Of a stretch of 64,000 nt of DNA, positions 1 through 11,190 are shown one piece after another. The position numbers were made by a program, and so were the translations under genes. A model generated the notes under the pieces. That model worked only from the letters and a program-made list of their open reading frames with translations, ran no database searches and was not told the origin of the DNA. Position 1 is the stretch's first letter. Every line of letters starts with the position of its first letter. The stretch spans positions 6,510,001-6,574,000 of the forward strand of contig OZ361256.1 of assembly GCA_977018835.1 (NCBI GenBank), read 5' to 3'. This DNA is from Minutocellus sp. GHC0000111. Lineage: Eukaryota.

Positions 1-69
1 GCCGATGCCGCTGGTCGGCGGGGAGTCCTCCCGGGGCCGAGATCGGAACGCACGCCTTCGAGGAGGCAT
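1..69 (-). CDS. Possible 5' end of a gene running off the left edge (MPPRRRAFRSRPREDSPPTSGIG...)
   Basis: ATG at 69 in a 'gcaacaATG' context, GC-rich open frame to the window edge; no homology recognisable. Confidence 0.35.
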   Translation of the reverse strand, partial: MPPRRRAFRSRPREDSPPTSGIG

Positions 70-644
70 TGTTGCAACTTGCTACGTAGCAGGAAGCAGG
101 CAAATAGGTCGTCGTTGGTCCCTTGCTCACAATTGCCAAATCGGCATATGCTCTACCTAGGTACTCGAAAGGTCCGCGATGTGTTTCGACGGTTTGTGCC
201 CTACGTCATCCGCATTGAAGGGCAAAGGTCAGGGGTCTCCCACATATTGCACGACGCCGCACTGGCTGCTGACATGATGAGAGAGCGAGATACCAGTTAA
301 AGTCCTATCTAGATCTAGCTCTAAGAAGTCGATCCCTAGGAACCATATGCTACCGTTCTATTTTGTTTTGTCTATCTTTGTGGGATTCCTACGTAGCTAC
401 ATGTAGGATTTTGTTCTTTGCTGCAATCCAAGAAGGCAAAATCAAAACCAGCAGCCAAAAAAAGGCAAAAAGGGAAGGGGGGGGACAGGCGGCGAGACAA
501 AGGCCGAGGCCCTTATCTTTGTTGAATAATCGGGAGTGGATTCATTTGTTATGTTGCTGTAAGCCACCTTGAACAGAATGGAAACTTCAAAATACATAAA
601 CATTGTATTTTGATTTGATTTGGTCGTGTGGAGTGGCGGGAATG

Positions 645-1073
645 AGGGTCGTGCACGAGCCCAGAACTTATCCAAGGCCGAATGGGGGATGTCGACAAAC
701 TTGGAAGCAGTTCTCGATCTCATTCTCGGCCAAGTGTCCCCAGGACGATTTGCCTTCGACGCTCTTCATATTCTCGGACATGCATTTTGACTATGCCTGC
801 TGCAATGCCAAGACGGACACGCTGTACAAGATCATGCGACGGAAGTACCTCAAGCACAACTACCAGATGCCGAACGTCGTATTCTGGAATCTGCGGGCTT
901 CCTGCGGAGCGCAGTGCCCGGTGACGATGGACGAGGCTGGGACGGCACTTGTTTCGGGCTTTTCCGCGGAGCTCCTCAAGCTATTTTTAGATGGCGACGA
1001 ACTTGTCCCCATGACTGTGATGCGCAAGGCAATCGAACCGTACTCAGCCGAGGTGGAGGAGTCAGAGATTTGA
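645..1073 (+). pseudogene. DUF2828 / vWA-like (UCP015417) protein, C-terminal remnant with frameshift
   Basis: Motif 'AEWGMSTNLEAVLDLIL' (frame of 683) shifts at ~728 into 'AKCPQDDLPSTLFIFSDMHFD...MPNVVFWNLR...GTALVSGFSAELLKLFL' (ORF 603..1073); the large N-terminal part is absent. Confidence 0.75.
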
Positions 1074-1185
1074 TACTGGAGAGGGACGGGCGGTAAATAT
1101 GTAATGAGATATCAATATGAAATATATTGAATGTAAATAATATTCAAGGGATCGTTATCTTCTTACCTTTCCCAACATTTGACTT

Positions 1186-1971
1186 CTATTCACTTTCGTC
1201 GTCGCTTTCCTCCTCTTCACTACTGCTGCTCTCACTCAAATTCATGGTGGCCGGTACCTCTCTCCTCCGACTGGTGGCTGATGCTGCGGCAGCCGCCACG
1301 GCCTTCTGCCTCGCCTCTCGTTCACTTTGCGCCTGTCGCTGCCGTTCCTTTCGGGCAGCCTCCTCCTCCGTCTGCGGTACCTTGCCCTCCTCTCCGACCA
1401 TGTCCTCACGTTCGTGCATAACGTCCAACTCCCGACGCTTCGGGTCGACGACAGCTGTACCGGCTTCCTCATCAGCGTCCTCCATCTTCGCGTCGCCGTC
1501 TTGGTCCGCCGCCTCTTCAGCGGCAGCCCTTCGTTCTTTTTCCGTCTCCTCGCTCCTCTTCTTTTGTTTCCTCTTCTTGTTCTCCTGCTCCTCCCGAGCG
1601 GCCTTGCGCTTCCTCTCCCGATCCTCTTGGGCCTGCTGCAGCTGCAGCGCCGCTAGCTGACTGCCCCGGAGCTGGTGCGGGAGGGGATTGGGCGTGACGA
1701 AGCCGTAGATGGGAACATTGGGATTCCACCCACTCGGTGCGCTGGTCCGATCGGCGTACGTCCGGGCCACGGCCAGGACCGTATTGACCTCCTCCATGGA
1801 CTGAGGTGTCGGGAGGAGCAGGGGGTCGGTCGAGTTGGGAAGGTACCGAGAGGTCTTGTCGAGGGTCTGTGTGAGTCGGCGCTCGGCCTCGCTGAGGCGG
1901 GCCACTGCCGAGAGCATATTGCCGTTATTGCTATTGCCGCTGCTGGCACTTTTTGTTGGCCTGCGGGGCAT
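1186..1971 (-). CDS. MED4: Mediator subunit Med4-like protein
   Basis: 'LAVARTYADRTSAPSGWNP...PNPLPHQLRGSQL' resembles the Med4 core; acidic Ser-rich C-terminal tail. Confidence 0.65.
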   Translation of the reverse strand: MPRRPTKSASSGNSNNGNMLSAVARLSEAERRLTQTLDKTSRYLPNSTDPLLLPTPQSMEEVNTVLAVARTYADRTSAPSGWNPNVPIYGFVTPNPLPHQLRGSQLAALQLQQAQEDRERKRKAAREEQENKKRKQKKRSEETEKERRAAAEEAADQDGDAKMEDADEEAGTAVVDPKRRELDVMHEREDMVGEEGKVPQTEEEAARKERQRQAQSEREARQKAVAAAAASATSRRREVPATMNLSESSSSEEEESDDESE

Positions 1972-2327
1972 GGTGGTAATGCAGTATGGTGGTTACTGCG
2001 GCGAGCGGCGAAAATGAGAGCTGGCCGCTGGCTCGCTCTCGGCTCGCTCATCATCTTGCAGTGGCGGCGCAAGTGCCTTCCAAACCGCTTTTAGTGGCTA
2101 CTAGTACCATGGTACGTCTGTCCCACCACGATATCGATAGGAATTCCTACATCGTTACACGATATCGATCCTCTACTGGCAGTTGGCAATAGTCTGACTT
2201 TGCCCAAAACTAAGTAGTCTATTTGATTTGGCTGTTGCTTGTTCTTGCTCTCCGCGGTGCTTCGGGTGGTGTTCTGAGTGTGGTCCTGTACTGTGGCTTG
2301 ATAGATTGAGCAGGGGTTGGCTTTGCT

Positions 2328-4177
2328 ATGGCGCAAGAGCAGCAGCCGCAACCACCCACTCCCACCGATGCTCGTTCGGGTCCCAACGTCGTCGTCCTTA
2401 GCAGTGCCGGCAAGCCAATCTTCTCCCGATGGGGTGACGAGGAGAAGTTGACGGCGGCCTGCGGGTTGATCCAGGCCATCCGGGCGGGCATCTTGGACGA
2501 CCCAAGTCTCGGTGGGGACATCCAATCGCTCCAGGCAGGCGGAACCAAAATGGTGTTCCTCACTGTTGGTCATCTAACCTTGCTGGCCATTGCCGAGGGT
2601 GGGACCGGCAGTGGCGAGTGCGAGACCGAGGCATACTTGCGGTTGCAGCTCGAGTATCTGTATGGGCAAATCATATTCACTTTGACGGATACTATCCAAA
2701 AAGTCTTTACTCGGAGGCACTATTTTGATTTGAGAAGTATGCTCGGTGCAACCGAGACAGTGATGAGGGGGATACTGGATCAGGCCAGTCCACTGGGCAA
2801 TGGTGGGTCGTTCCTTTGCGCCGGAGTGGAAAGTGTTTGGCCGATACCGCACGAGATACGAGACCACGCATCCCAAGTGCTTTCATCGGTCTGTGGGAAG
2901 CATTCTGATACATGTTTGTTTGCTATACTGCTTGTGGGAAATGAGATGATATCGGTTGTTATGCCAAGGTACAAACCGCACCAATTGCATCCATCCGACT
3001 TGCACCTGATTTTGAACTTTTGCAATCACCAGCCTGGCCTCCTTACCAATGAACTTTGGTTTCCAGTTTGCTTGCCGCGATTCAGTTCATCCGGTTTTGT
3101 TTATGCCTACACAACCTGCCTCGACAGCGGAACAGGACTCGCCTGCTGCTTGATCAGTCAGGAGAATTCCACAGAGCAGTTTGAACGATTTAGAAAAGCG
3201 GGCGCATCTATAAGGCACAAACTAGGCCTGCGCGCGCCAAAGAGTTCTGTCCTTCTCATCAAGGAAGCTTCTGGGAGTCCCAACGGGAACGGCGATAGCA
3301 GCAATCGAGTTGGCAATGAAGCAGCAGAAGAGAGCGAAATTGAAAAAAAAACAACTTTGATGATATTGCTTGGCAAAGAAACGAAAGCAGTAGTGATGGT
3401 GGTGGTAGCAATGAAGGAGAATTGATGGACGACGAGAAGAGTTCGGAAAAGGTTGTTGATGAGCTGGCGGGTGTCTTTGGGAAAGACTTGACCGTATCGG
3501 AAACATCAAATGCATCTGTAACGCAAAGTCTAAACGGCACTGAGAATGCGGGGTCATATAAAGAAGAGCAAGGCGAACCTTCTACTCATCAGGGCGAGTC
3601 GTCACAAGTAAAGATACTGAACGAAGTCAAGAGGAACAGAGTTCGAGATGCCATGATTGATGATTATCTTCAACTTGGTTCGGCGATGCACTTTCTATTT
3701 CGAATTGATGTGGCTGTCTACGATACTGGAGGAATGCTTACACAATGCTTATCTCCACCACTTCAATTCCCGTTTGTTGATGAAAAGTCCAAGCGGCGAG
3801 TATATTGCATGTATCAACGCTTAGCACTGCGGTTGCGGTTGGGATCGGCGTCTGTTGAGAGTACGATGGATGCATTTGCTATGATTGCTGATGATCATGA
3901 TAACCCAGAGAATCGTCATGCTACCATGGGTATTGGGAAGGACTGTCAGGCTCAGTGCCTTTTGGAATCGCCCCCAAATGTTCACGGGTGCAGTTACATC
4001 CTGGATGGTAGCGAGCTCTTCATTGCTATCAATGGACGAGATTTCGAGTTGTACGCAACATTACCGGGCAAAATACCCCCAAGAACTGGCACCGCCTATT
4101 GTGCCCGACTTGTCAGGAGGCTAATGAATGATGAGGGAAGGCTATTCTTGGCTTATCCTCACACTTGGCATCGTTAG
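2328..4177 (+). CDS. MON1: Vacuolar fusion protein Mon1/SAND, split by a -1 frameshift at an A9 run (3343-3351)
   Basis: 'VVLSSAGKPIFSRWGDE', 'YLRLQLEYLYGQIIFTLT', 'LHPSDLHLILNF', 'WFPVCLPRFSSSGFVYAY' in ORF 2328..3425; the C-terminal part ('GRDFELYATL...LVRRLMNDEGRLFL') is in ORF 3422..4177, which is open back to the A-run. Confidence 0.85.
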
Positions 4178-4219
4178 ATTTATTTAACATGAATAAATTG
4201 GATCGGGTCAAAACTAAAC

Positions 4220-5773
4220 CTACGGTGTCTTCTCTGTCGGGCGTTTCTTACTGTTTGCAAGTAAGCATTTTGTAACAAATCGCAAGCGAGTTGCAGGTAC
4301 CTTCTTTACGAACGGTGGGGGGTTGGCTCGTCGCATGGATTTCTCCAATGCCGATGCCTCCTTACTGACCAAGGGTGCCAAATAAGGTACTAGAACATTC
4401 GATTTGGATATTAACAAATAGATGTCAGCATCTTGGTCGTCAAGATGAATTATGCCATCATTTCGAAGTGCCTTGAATGTGTTGAAATATAGTCGCCGAA
4501 CGTTGATATCAGGGTTGGTCGTCTCTGATACAGTCTTTGCCGCAATACCATGCAAATGCTCATCGTCTTGCAGTGACCCATAGTGAAATCGGAGTGGATT
4601 TGTAGAATCTTTCTCCATCATCTCGAGCAAATGCTTTAACAGCGCATCACGAAATACTTGCTGAGGGTCAAGGGCTTCAAATTTGGCCAAGCAGTGGCAG
4701 TATAGCAATTCGTCTTTGTGAGGGAGCCGACAGTTGCAGTCAGGTCCAAATACACGCCAAGCCCCGTTGTCTTCTTCACCAATGTCTATCACATTGGCCC
4801 CTGTAAGTTTAGTTGACATAGTATTGCCGAGGAGTCCCAGAACGTCGGCCCCATTTCGGATCGGCTCAGCATCGGCATCACTTTGAATTCCAATCCGCCT
4901 CGCAAAGTGAATGCATTTTAACCAGTGGGTTGTCTGTGGATCAATCCCGTTGCTTGTATTTGGATCCAATACATGTTCCATTGTCGCCACCACAATCTCT
5001 CGCACGACATTTACTGGAACCTCGAATCTCTGTGTGTGACGAGAGCTCGCACCTTTACTTATTGTGTTGTCGCCAACCACAGAAATATCGATGGTTCTGC
5101 TTTCCGATCCTATTGAGATGCACTTTATTTTGCCACGAATGCGGACGCAATCACCGACACGAAAGGAATTCTGTTCTAGAACATTTCGATTTGGATAGGT
5201 CTCGATCAATGGCGGAAGAGAATACGTTCCATCGACATCATCTTCCCAGCTAATACAATCGATCATACCACTCCCATCATCCAAGAGGTAGAGCATGGAA
5301 TTCGCCTTGCGCTCTTTTGATACAATGAAACCAACAATTTCGCATCGAGATATCGGAATGATATGATCAATAGCAATGGCGGATACTTTGTCGTCTTCGG
5401 AATCTTCACTGGGCCGACGTCTCTTTCTCCCAGGGATTTGATTATTATGAAGGCATATTTGCGGATCTGGCTGTTCGTCGTGTTCGGGGGAATGAGGAGA
5501 CGCAGACATCATGCAGTCCACGCCATTGACCAATCCGAGCGACAGTATATCACCAATTAGTAACGGGGTGTGCGCCCAATATTGCGGAGAGAGACCAAGA
5601 AGGTGGTGCTCGACGCCGACAAATGCTGGCGAGGCGATGGCGGTGGCATCGGAATCGGCAGCAGCGGCACGTGACTTTGATGCGCTGGCAGGCGCGCCAT
5701 TCCGATTTGTGACACTTGAGTAGGTGTCAGCACCGCCCTGGCCGGTGAGAGCTCTGCGGCAAAGGGGCAGCAT
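4220..5773 (-). CDS. STN1: CST complex subunit Stn1-like (OB fold plus C-terminal winged-helix region)
   Basis: 'IPISRCEIVGFIVS...YLLDDGSGMIDCISW...VGDCVRIRGKI...DP..QTTHWL'; first ATG at 5773, frame open to TTG at 5830. Confidence 0.75.
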   Translation of the reverse strand: MLPLCRRALTGQGGADTYSSVTNRNGAPASASKSRAAAADSDATAIASPAFVGVEHHLLGLSPQYWAHTPLLIGDILSLGLVNGVDCMMSASPHSPEHDEQPDPQICLHNNQIPGRKRRRPSEDSEDDKVSAIAIDHIIPISRCEIVGFIVSKERKANSMLYLLDDGSGMIDCISWEDDVDGTYSLPPLIETYPNRNVLEQNSFRVGDCVRIRGKIKCISIGSESRTIDISVVGDNTISKGASSRHTQRFEVPVNVVREIVVATMEHVLDPNTSNGIDPQTTHWLKCIHFARRIGIQSDADAEPIRNGADVLGLLGNTMSTKLTGANVIDIGEEDNGAWRVFGPDCNCRLPHKDELLYCHCLAKFEALDPQQVFRDALLKHLLEMMEKDSTNPLRFHYGSLQDDEHLHGIAAKTVSETTNPDINVRRLYFNTFKALRNDGIIHLDDQDADIYLLISKSNVLVPYLAPLVSKEASALEKSMRRANPPPFVKKVPATRLRFVTKCLLANSKKRPTEKTP

Positions 5774-6111
5774 TATCCATCGATCCCTTGGCTGTTGCCC
5801 CGGCGCTTGGGCGGGCGGCTCATCTGCCAAATTCGAAACGAAGCCGAGCGTCCGCGTCCACGCGGCACATTGTGTTTGAGCACAGAATTACGTCATGAAA
5901 ACAAAATTTACGCTGCTCGCGATTGCGGCCGCGGGTGACGGGTGGCCATTTTATTGGCGTTATTGGCGGAAAGCTGCTGCTACGCAACGATGACTGACGC
6001 ACAGTGATATATATCGACGATCACTAACACGTGCAGTTGGGCTATCACACTGCTTGATGAGCTCTCTATGTACCTGCTTAGTCTTGACGATGACTCGTCA
6101 TCAGCAGCATC

Positions 6112-7116
6112 TCAATCGAATCCTTCACCCTTGGAATAATTGAACAATCTGAAATCGGCATCGAAAAAGTCATTCATCATTTGAATGGTGTCATCCGTCA
6201 AGTTCGCTGTTGTCAACATACTTGTCGTTGCGTTTCGAGCATTCAATCGCTGAGGAAGGGCAACCCCAAGCCCATACCTCTCCATCAGCGCTGTGAAATC
6301 AGAGTCCAGATGCTCAAAGCGGAGAACATGATCAATTACCTTTTCTCCCTCCAAGTTGTACACATACAGATGTTGCGGTAATCTATGCACCTGCTTCTTG
6401 ATATGCGGAGAAAGACGCTTTTGCATCCACCCATTCATGACGGTAACATTATTTCGATCAACTCCATTGTAGCCGCCAAATTTGGAGTAGTACTCAGAAA
6501 CGATTCTCTCGTATGGATCCCGAACGACACAAAATGTTTTGGAGCCAACGTACGGATTCTCTCGGAACCAATGCGGCGGAGTGTGCCATGGCTCCCCTAG
6601 ACTCCCCTTGAAGTGAAATGGTATCGCACTCCGATTGTACGCCGGTCTCGTGACCTCCCAGTCCTTGTACATGCAGATTTTTCGAAACGTATTCACTCGC
6701 TTCCAATGACAGACACCCCACTTCACGCCAGACCGGGCTGCGGCCTCTTCAATTGCTGAGCCAGCAGTCTTTGTGATGTGCACTAATTCAATTCCAATCT
6801 CACTCCTTGCTGTATTCGCTCGTGTAGTTAGCATATCATGGCCGCCTATCATTGTCGTGATTGTGGTCGCTGCCGAGTTGACGATCGAGGCCATTGGACT
6901 TGATTGGTCTAATATTCCAACATTGTGAACGGCGAAGGAGTGCAATACAGAGTAAGCGATGAGACTAAAGCCTATCCCTGCCGATGCCAAGACGAGAGTA
7001 CATCTTTCACTCAACAAGAGGCACTTTATCCGACGCCTAGCAGCATCAATCGTAGTGTGTCGACATGACGAGATTGATGATGGCGGGTTACGTCTGGGGG
7101 TCACTACCGGCGACAT
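6112..7116 (-). CDS. Membrane-anchored sulfotransferase (Sulfotransfer_2 type)
   Basis: N-terminal TM segment; 5'-PSB motif 'VHITKTAGSAIE'; 3'-PB motif 'VRDPYERIVSEY'; 'LRFEHLDSDF'; 'DFRLFNY'; first ATG at 7116. Confidence 0.8.
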   Translation of the reverse strand: MSPVVTPRRNPPSSISSCRHTTIDAARRRIKCLLLSERCTLVLASAGIGFSLIAYSVLHSFAVHNVGILDQSSPMASIVNSAATTITTMIGGHDMLTTRANTARSEIGIELVHITKTAGSAIEEAAARSGVKWGVCHWKRVNTFRKICMYKDWEVTRPAYNRSAIPFHFKGSLGEPWHTPPHWFRENPYVGSKTFCVVRDPYERIVSEYYSKFGGYNGVDRNNVTVMNGWMQKRLSPHIKKQVHRLPQHLYVYNLEGEKVIDHVLRFEHLDSDFTALMERYGLGVALPQRLNARNATTSMLTTANLTDDTIQMMNDFFDADFRLFNYSKGEGFD

Positions 7117-7454
7117 AGGAATTCCTATGTGCACGGAACACGTACTGGACCGCCCTGCGCGCACTCTCCGATAATAACAGTAAGATCGTAGGGCTACGAT
7201 AAAATGGTGATCGACGTCTGGAGTAGCCCTCACGGTGCCATTGCTGTATTTGCCATGGCGTGCTTGCTCACTGTTGCCGGTGTGCTTGTTGACTGTTGCC
7301 GCGCGGCGCGGCGAGGCCGACGAGCGAGACCGTCGAACCGGAGGCGGCAGCTTTGCATTTATTTGGCGGGCGCGGGAACACGTCACGAAGAAACAAGGAC
7401 AACAACCAACGAAGTACAATAGCAACAAGGACTGGTACTATCGAACTACGTAGT

Positions 7455-8883
7455 ATGGTGCGTCGGAGACTGTGTCGCGTAGCTGGTGCGATTTGCTGCC
7501 TTCAGTTAATCCAAAAAGGAAGTGGTTTTGCTTTGCAGCCTCAGGGATCGACGGTGGATAACAACAAGCCCGCCCAAACCAACTGGCATGTGTATCGTGC
7601 AGCGAATCAGTTGGAGGAGAATGGATTGAGCACGGCCGACAATGGGTCCAATAGACGCCGAGACGATCTAACCCGACAGACTGGAAATATTGCGACAGTG
7701 GGGTGATAGGTGGGCGAGTGAAAGAGAAATGCAAACTCTCCTCAATAAGCCTGAGCTCCTCCACGAAATTGAGGAGAGCATCATCGCCCTCGCACCCTTT
7801 TGCGACTGGCTTGACTCATTGACGACGACGCAACAAGGAATGGAACCCATCACACTTGTTGACGTATGTGCGGGGAAAGGCATATTATCGATGCTTGCTT
7901 CATATGTGCTACAGGGTGACTCTCGGGTCAAACAAATCGTCATGCTCGATAAGGCCAAAATGAATTGGAATCACATACTCATTGCCAATGATGATGCTGA
8001 GAGAGACGATCGACCGCCCATCATTACCTGGTCTAAATGCAATTTACACGAAATTGATGAAGTGGTTGGTCGGTTGAGTGATTTGGACACTCCTTTGGCA
8101 GTAGTTGGGTTACACCTCTGCAAAACTTTGAGCCCTAGCTTTGTCGGGATTTCGAATCGGTAAGCGTCGCTAGTGTACTCAATGGAATCCCAATCTCCAA
8201 ACTCGAATCTTCGTTTCTTTGTTTTTCCCTGCTTTGGTGTCGGTGTACTGATGTCGTTGTCCTCCTGCTCAACATTTTCTCCTTACAGGTTGGGTGCAAC
8301 TACCTGCCCCTATGTGTGTTTAGCTCCGTGCTGCCTACCACGGGCAGTAGCACCAAAGTGGTCCACAAAAGAAAAAAAAGCAAGAACAATTGACGTGATG
8401 ACATATGAAACGGATGATGAACGCATTGAACGGAAGAAGGCCTTGGCGCGCAGAAGAGCTGCCATGAAGAGATTTTCGGACTGTGAATGCTTCCTATGTA
8501 AGAGTACATCACACAGGGTACAAAATTGCAACCTATTGCCGGCAGATGTGGATATGCAGATGGATATTTTTCGAAAGTCGGCTGCTTCAATGCCATGTTG
8601 GCGGTGCGGGGAGCTTGGGCACCAAAAGAGAGAGTGTCCAAGTGAACAGGCTGCAGGGAAGCCCTCGCTGGTTCAGCCCCCGCACTTGAGCCTGGACGTT
8701 TCTTCGGTAATGGACTCAGATCGTCCCTTTGAAGCATATTGCGAATTACTATCAACTGCGTTGGATAGGCCAAATGTACGGATTGAAGAGAATCTTCTCG
8801 TGAACAACAGAAGAGTTAAAAAGCAACATACTGATTCTAATTGGAACAGCGGGAGGAAATCAACATTCATAATTGGAACTTAG
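7455..8883 (+). CDS. SAM-dependent methyltransferase (Methyltransf_32-like) with two CCHC zinc knuckles; one intron and one +1 frameshift
   Basis: Signal/transit-like N-terminus from ATG 7455; frame change at ~7672-7703; 'LVDVCAGKGILS', 'VGLHLCKTLS', 'LAPCCLP'; knuckles 'CFLCKSTSHRVQNC' and 'CWRCGELGHQKREC'. Confidence 0.75.
8160..8288 (+). other. Spliceosomal intron (129 nt)
   Basis: GTAAGC donor and pyrimidine-rich 'ttttctccttacAG' acceptor; removal joins ...ISN-R-LGATTCPY in frame and removes an in-frame TAA. Confidence 0.8.
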
Positions 8884-9077
8884 ACTTAGACTACTAAGAG
8901 CTTATAATGAAATAGCTGCGTAGTAGTCTTCTAGGTCGACATGATATCGTGGACAGGAGAGAGCCACAAAAGAGTGTCGAAAGGTAGCTGATCATGACGA
9001 TGCCGAGCTTCGGCAATGCACGTACAATTGATCTCCTGATATCGTAGATAAATGCGAACTCGAAGGTGGATCGCCCA

Positions 9078-9428
9078 TCACCCCTTCCTCGGAGCGAGGA
9101 CTACTTTTCCATCGTCGCCGACAAATACCCGCACTCGATCAAGTCGATAATCCATCGTGACCATACTACCCTCCGGTAGCACATCAACCTGCAGTTTCGA
9201 GTCGTCCTTGAGAATAGCGGCCTTTGCGTCCTCCCCCGTCTTACCGGTCAGTTCTGGCCATTCTTCTTTGTTGGTCGGCATGGCTGGCTCGTCGCAAGAT
9301 TTAGCAGCCTCACCTCCGTCGCTCTTTTTGGGGTCAAATGCGACGACTGATACCAGTAGAAGGGCAAGAAGAATAAAGAATGTGGTGGTTTGCACGATCG
9401 GATTGCAGCGTTTGCTGTGGCCTGGCAT
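9078..9428 (-). CDS. Secreted serine protease inhibitor, potato inhibitor I family
   Basis: Hydrophobic signal peptide; 'EWPELTGKTGEDAKAAI...VLPEGSMVTMDYRLDRVRVFV...PRKG'. Confidence 0.9.
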   Translation of the reverse strand: MPGHSKRCNPIVQTTTFFILLALLLVSVVAFDPKKSDGGEAAKSCDEPAMPTNKEEWPELTGKTGEDAKAAILKDDSKLQVDVLPEGSMVTMDYRLDRVRVFVGDDGKVVLAPRKG

Positions 9429-9819
9429 CGCGCGGTGCGTATCGCGGTACTGGTTCGTGTCCAGTGTGCGCCTCTCGGTCGTGAACTCGAGATCTGAGAT
9501 AGATTATTGCTGGGAAAAGATTCACTCGATAGCTTTCGAGAATCTCGCATAATTCACGAAGCAAGTACGACAAAAGATGAGAGAGAGGGCACTTGCTGGA
9601 ATCTGTTGGAAAGAACGAAAGAACCCCATCGCATCATCGCGTTGATGAGAATGATGCAACGTATTTGTCTCTTCTTTGGTGAGTGAGAGTTTCCATTCAA
9701 TGATGATCATCCAGACTTATGCCAGAGACAAGCTACGTAGCTAGACGTGCTTCTTGCTTGTTCGGTCGTACTCTACATTTCCACCGCTTCCAATTGCTGG
9801 ATTCTCATCCATCTTGACT

Positions 9820-10425
9820 CCTCTTCCTGCTTTGATTCGAGAAGCCCTTTTGTGCATGCGTGATAGCGCAAGAAGTCGCCAGCGCGCAAAATAATACAGA
9901 TGTAGATGCGCCACCGACTGCTGCTACAACATGCCCAGTGCCGAGCCCGCCACCCAAAGATACTTTGGATGATCCAGTATGCAGTCTGTGTCCCGAAGGA
10001 ATGGTTCTTGATCCTGCGATGAAGGAGGTTGCGCCCCAGCAAGAGTATGCCGCGGAGATTGCAAAGGCGCTGGCGCAAGCTGGTCAAAGCGAATTCATCC
10101 CCGTTGTTCTCTCGTTTGTTACATGTGGCTGTGAGAGTTTGGAGTATGTTTCAGTAGCGTCACTTTTAATTCATTCTTCTCTGGAGTTGAGGGAGTTGAA
10201 GAACAATGCATGTTGTTTCAGCAGTTCTTGGGATCTGGAGATTTTCCCGGTGGGCCAGAGGGTTGCTGCAAGAATGATGGTGAAGGCACGAGCAGTGGCG
10301 GCGCTAGATCTAGATCTACTTTTTGTTGGAAGAAAGAAGAAGATGGAAATATTTTCGGCGGCAGGATATTATCATTCGGTATGCTCGTGGCTCTTTCGTT
10401 TGGGGCAGTGTCGTTGATGATTTGA
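9820..10425 (+). pseudogene. Decayed Cys-rich secreted/surface protein
   Basis: Pro/Thr linker plus 'CSLCPEG...TCG' in ORF 9860; -1 shift near 10165 into 'FSGVEGVEEQCMLFQQF...GCC...SSGG' ending in a hydrophobic GPI-like tail (ORF 10210..10425); no intact ATG or signal peptide; TAGATCTAGATCTA inserted at ~10306. Confidence 0.4.
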
Positions 10426-10777
10426 AAAGAGCATGCAATTGTATCAAATTGGGTATGAGGATGTGCCATACATCAACATGTGCCGTTGGCTCAGAGGGGG
10501 TTTTTGTTGTGTTGTTGACGAAGATGGTGCAGGTGTTTTGTACGGTAGATCTTCAAGAAAAAGAGGGCAGTGCAACAAGATCCCCGTCTAGATCTTAGCC
10601 GTGCTAGTTTCTACATGTAGTTCTGTGTGTACCATTTAAGGCGCAATGCAATCCTTCGGCACATTCATTCCAGGCCATTGTGGTGTAGTTTAATTTTGCA
10701 AAATGAGGGTAGATCTACCGGTACACTTTCTTTCATGTTGAATCATCAATCAATAAGTCAATCAATAATAGCCTACA

Positions 10778-11044
10778 TAGGACCCTCCGGCACGAAAACC
10801 CCGGTTTTTTGGGGGGTCGTCTCGGCAAAGCGTTTCCGTTGGTAGGACTAACTTCCACGCGTTGAGGCAAAAAAAGATGTGCAGATAACTCAAGAAATAT
10901 CAGGAATTGAGATTTCGCGATGCCATTCTAAGGTTTCTCGCATCATGTGCTATGCTGTGTCCAAATTTCAGCTTCAGAGGTCCATTTCTTTGAAAAGTCG
11001 TTTTGCCGGGATTTTCCCCGAGTTGTTCGTGCGTCCGGGTCCTA
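10778..11044. mobile_element. MITE-like element, TA-GGACCC...GGGTCC-TA
   Basis: Imperfect TIR: TAGGACCCtccgGCACGAA versus reverse complement of right end TAGGACCCggacGCACGAA; non-coding interior. Confidence 0.6.
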
Positions 11045-11190
11045 GCTAGGTAGGCCTACGTAGCAATTGAGCGCTTTGATATCGTCCGTCCTCCGTCCGT
11101 CCGCAAAGCTCGTATCCATGATGCCGGCCGAGCCTCATCCGTTGTACCACTCTTCCTCCTGCGCTCAGCTACAGTCCGGCATATTATACC

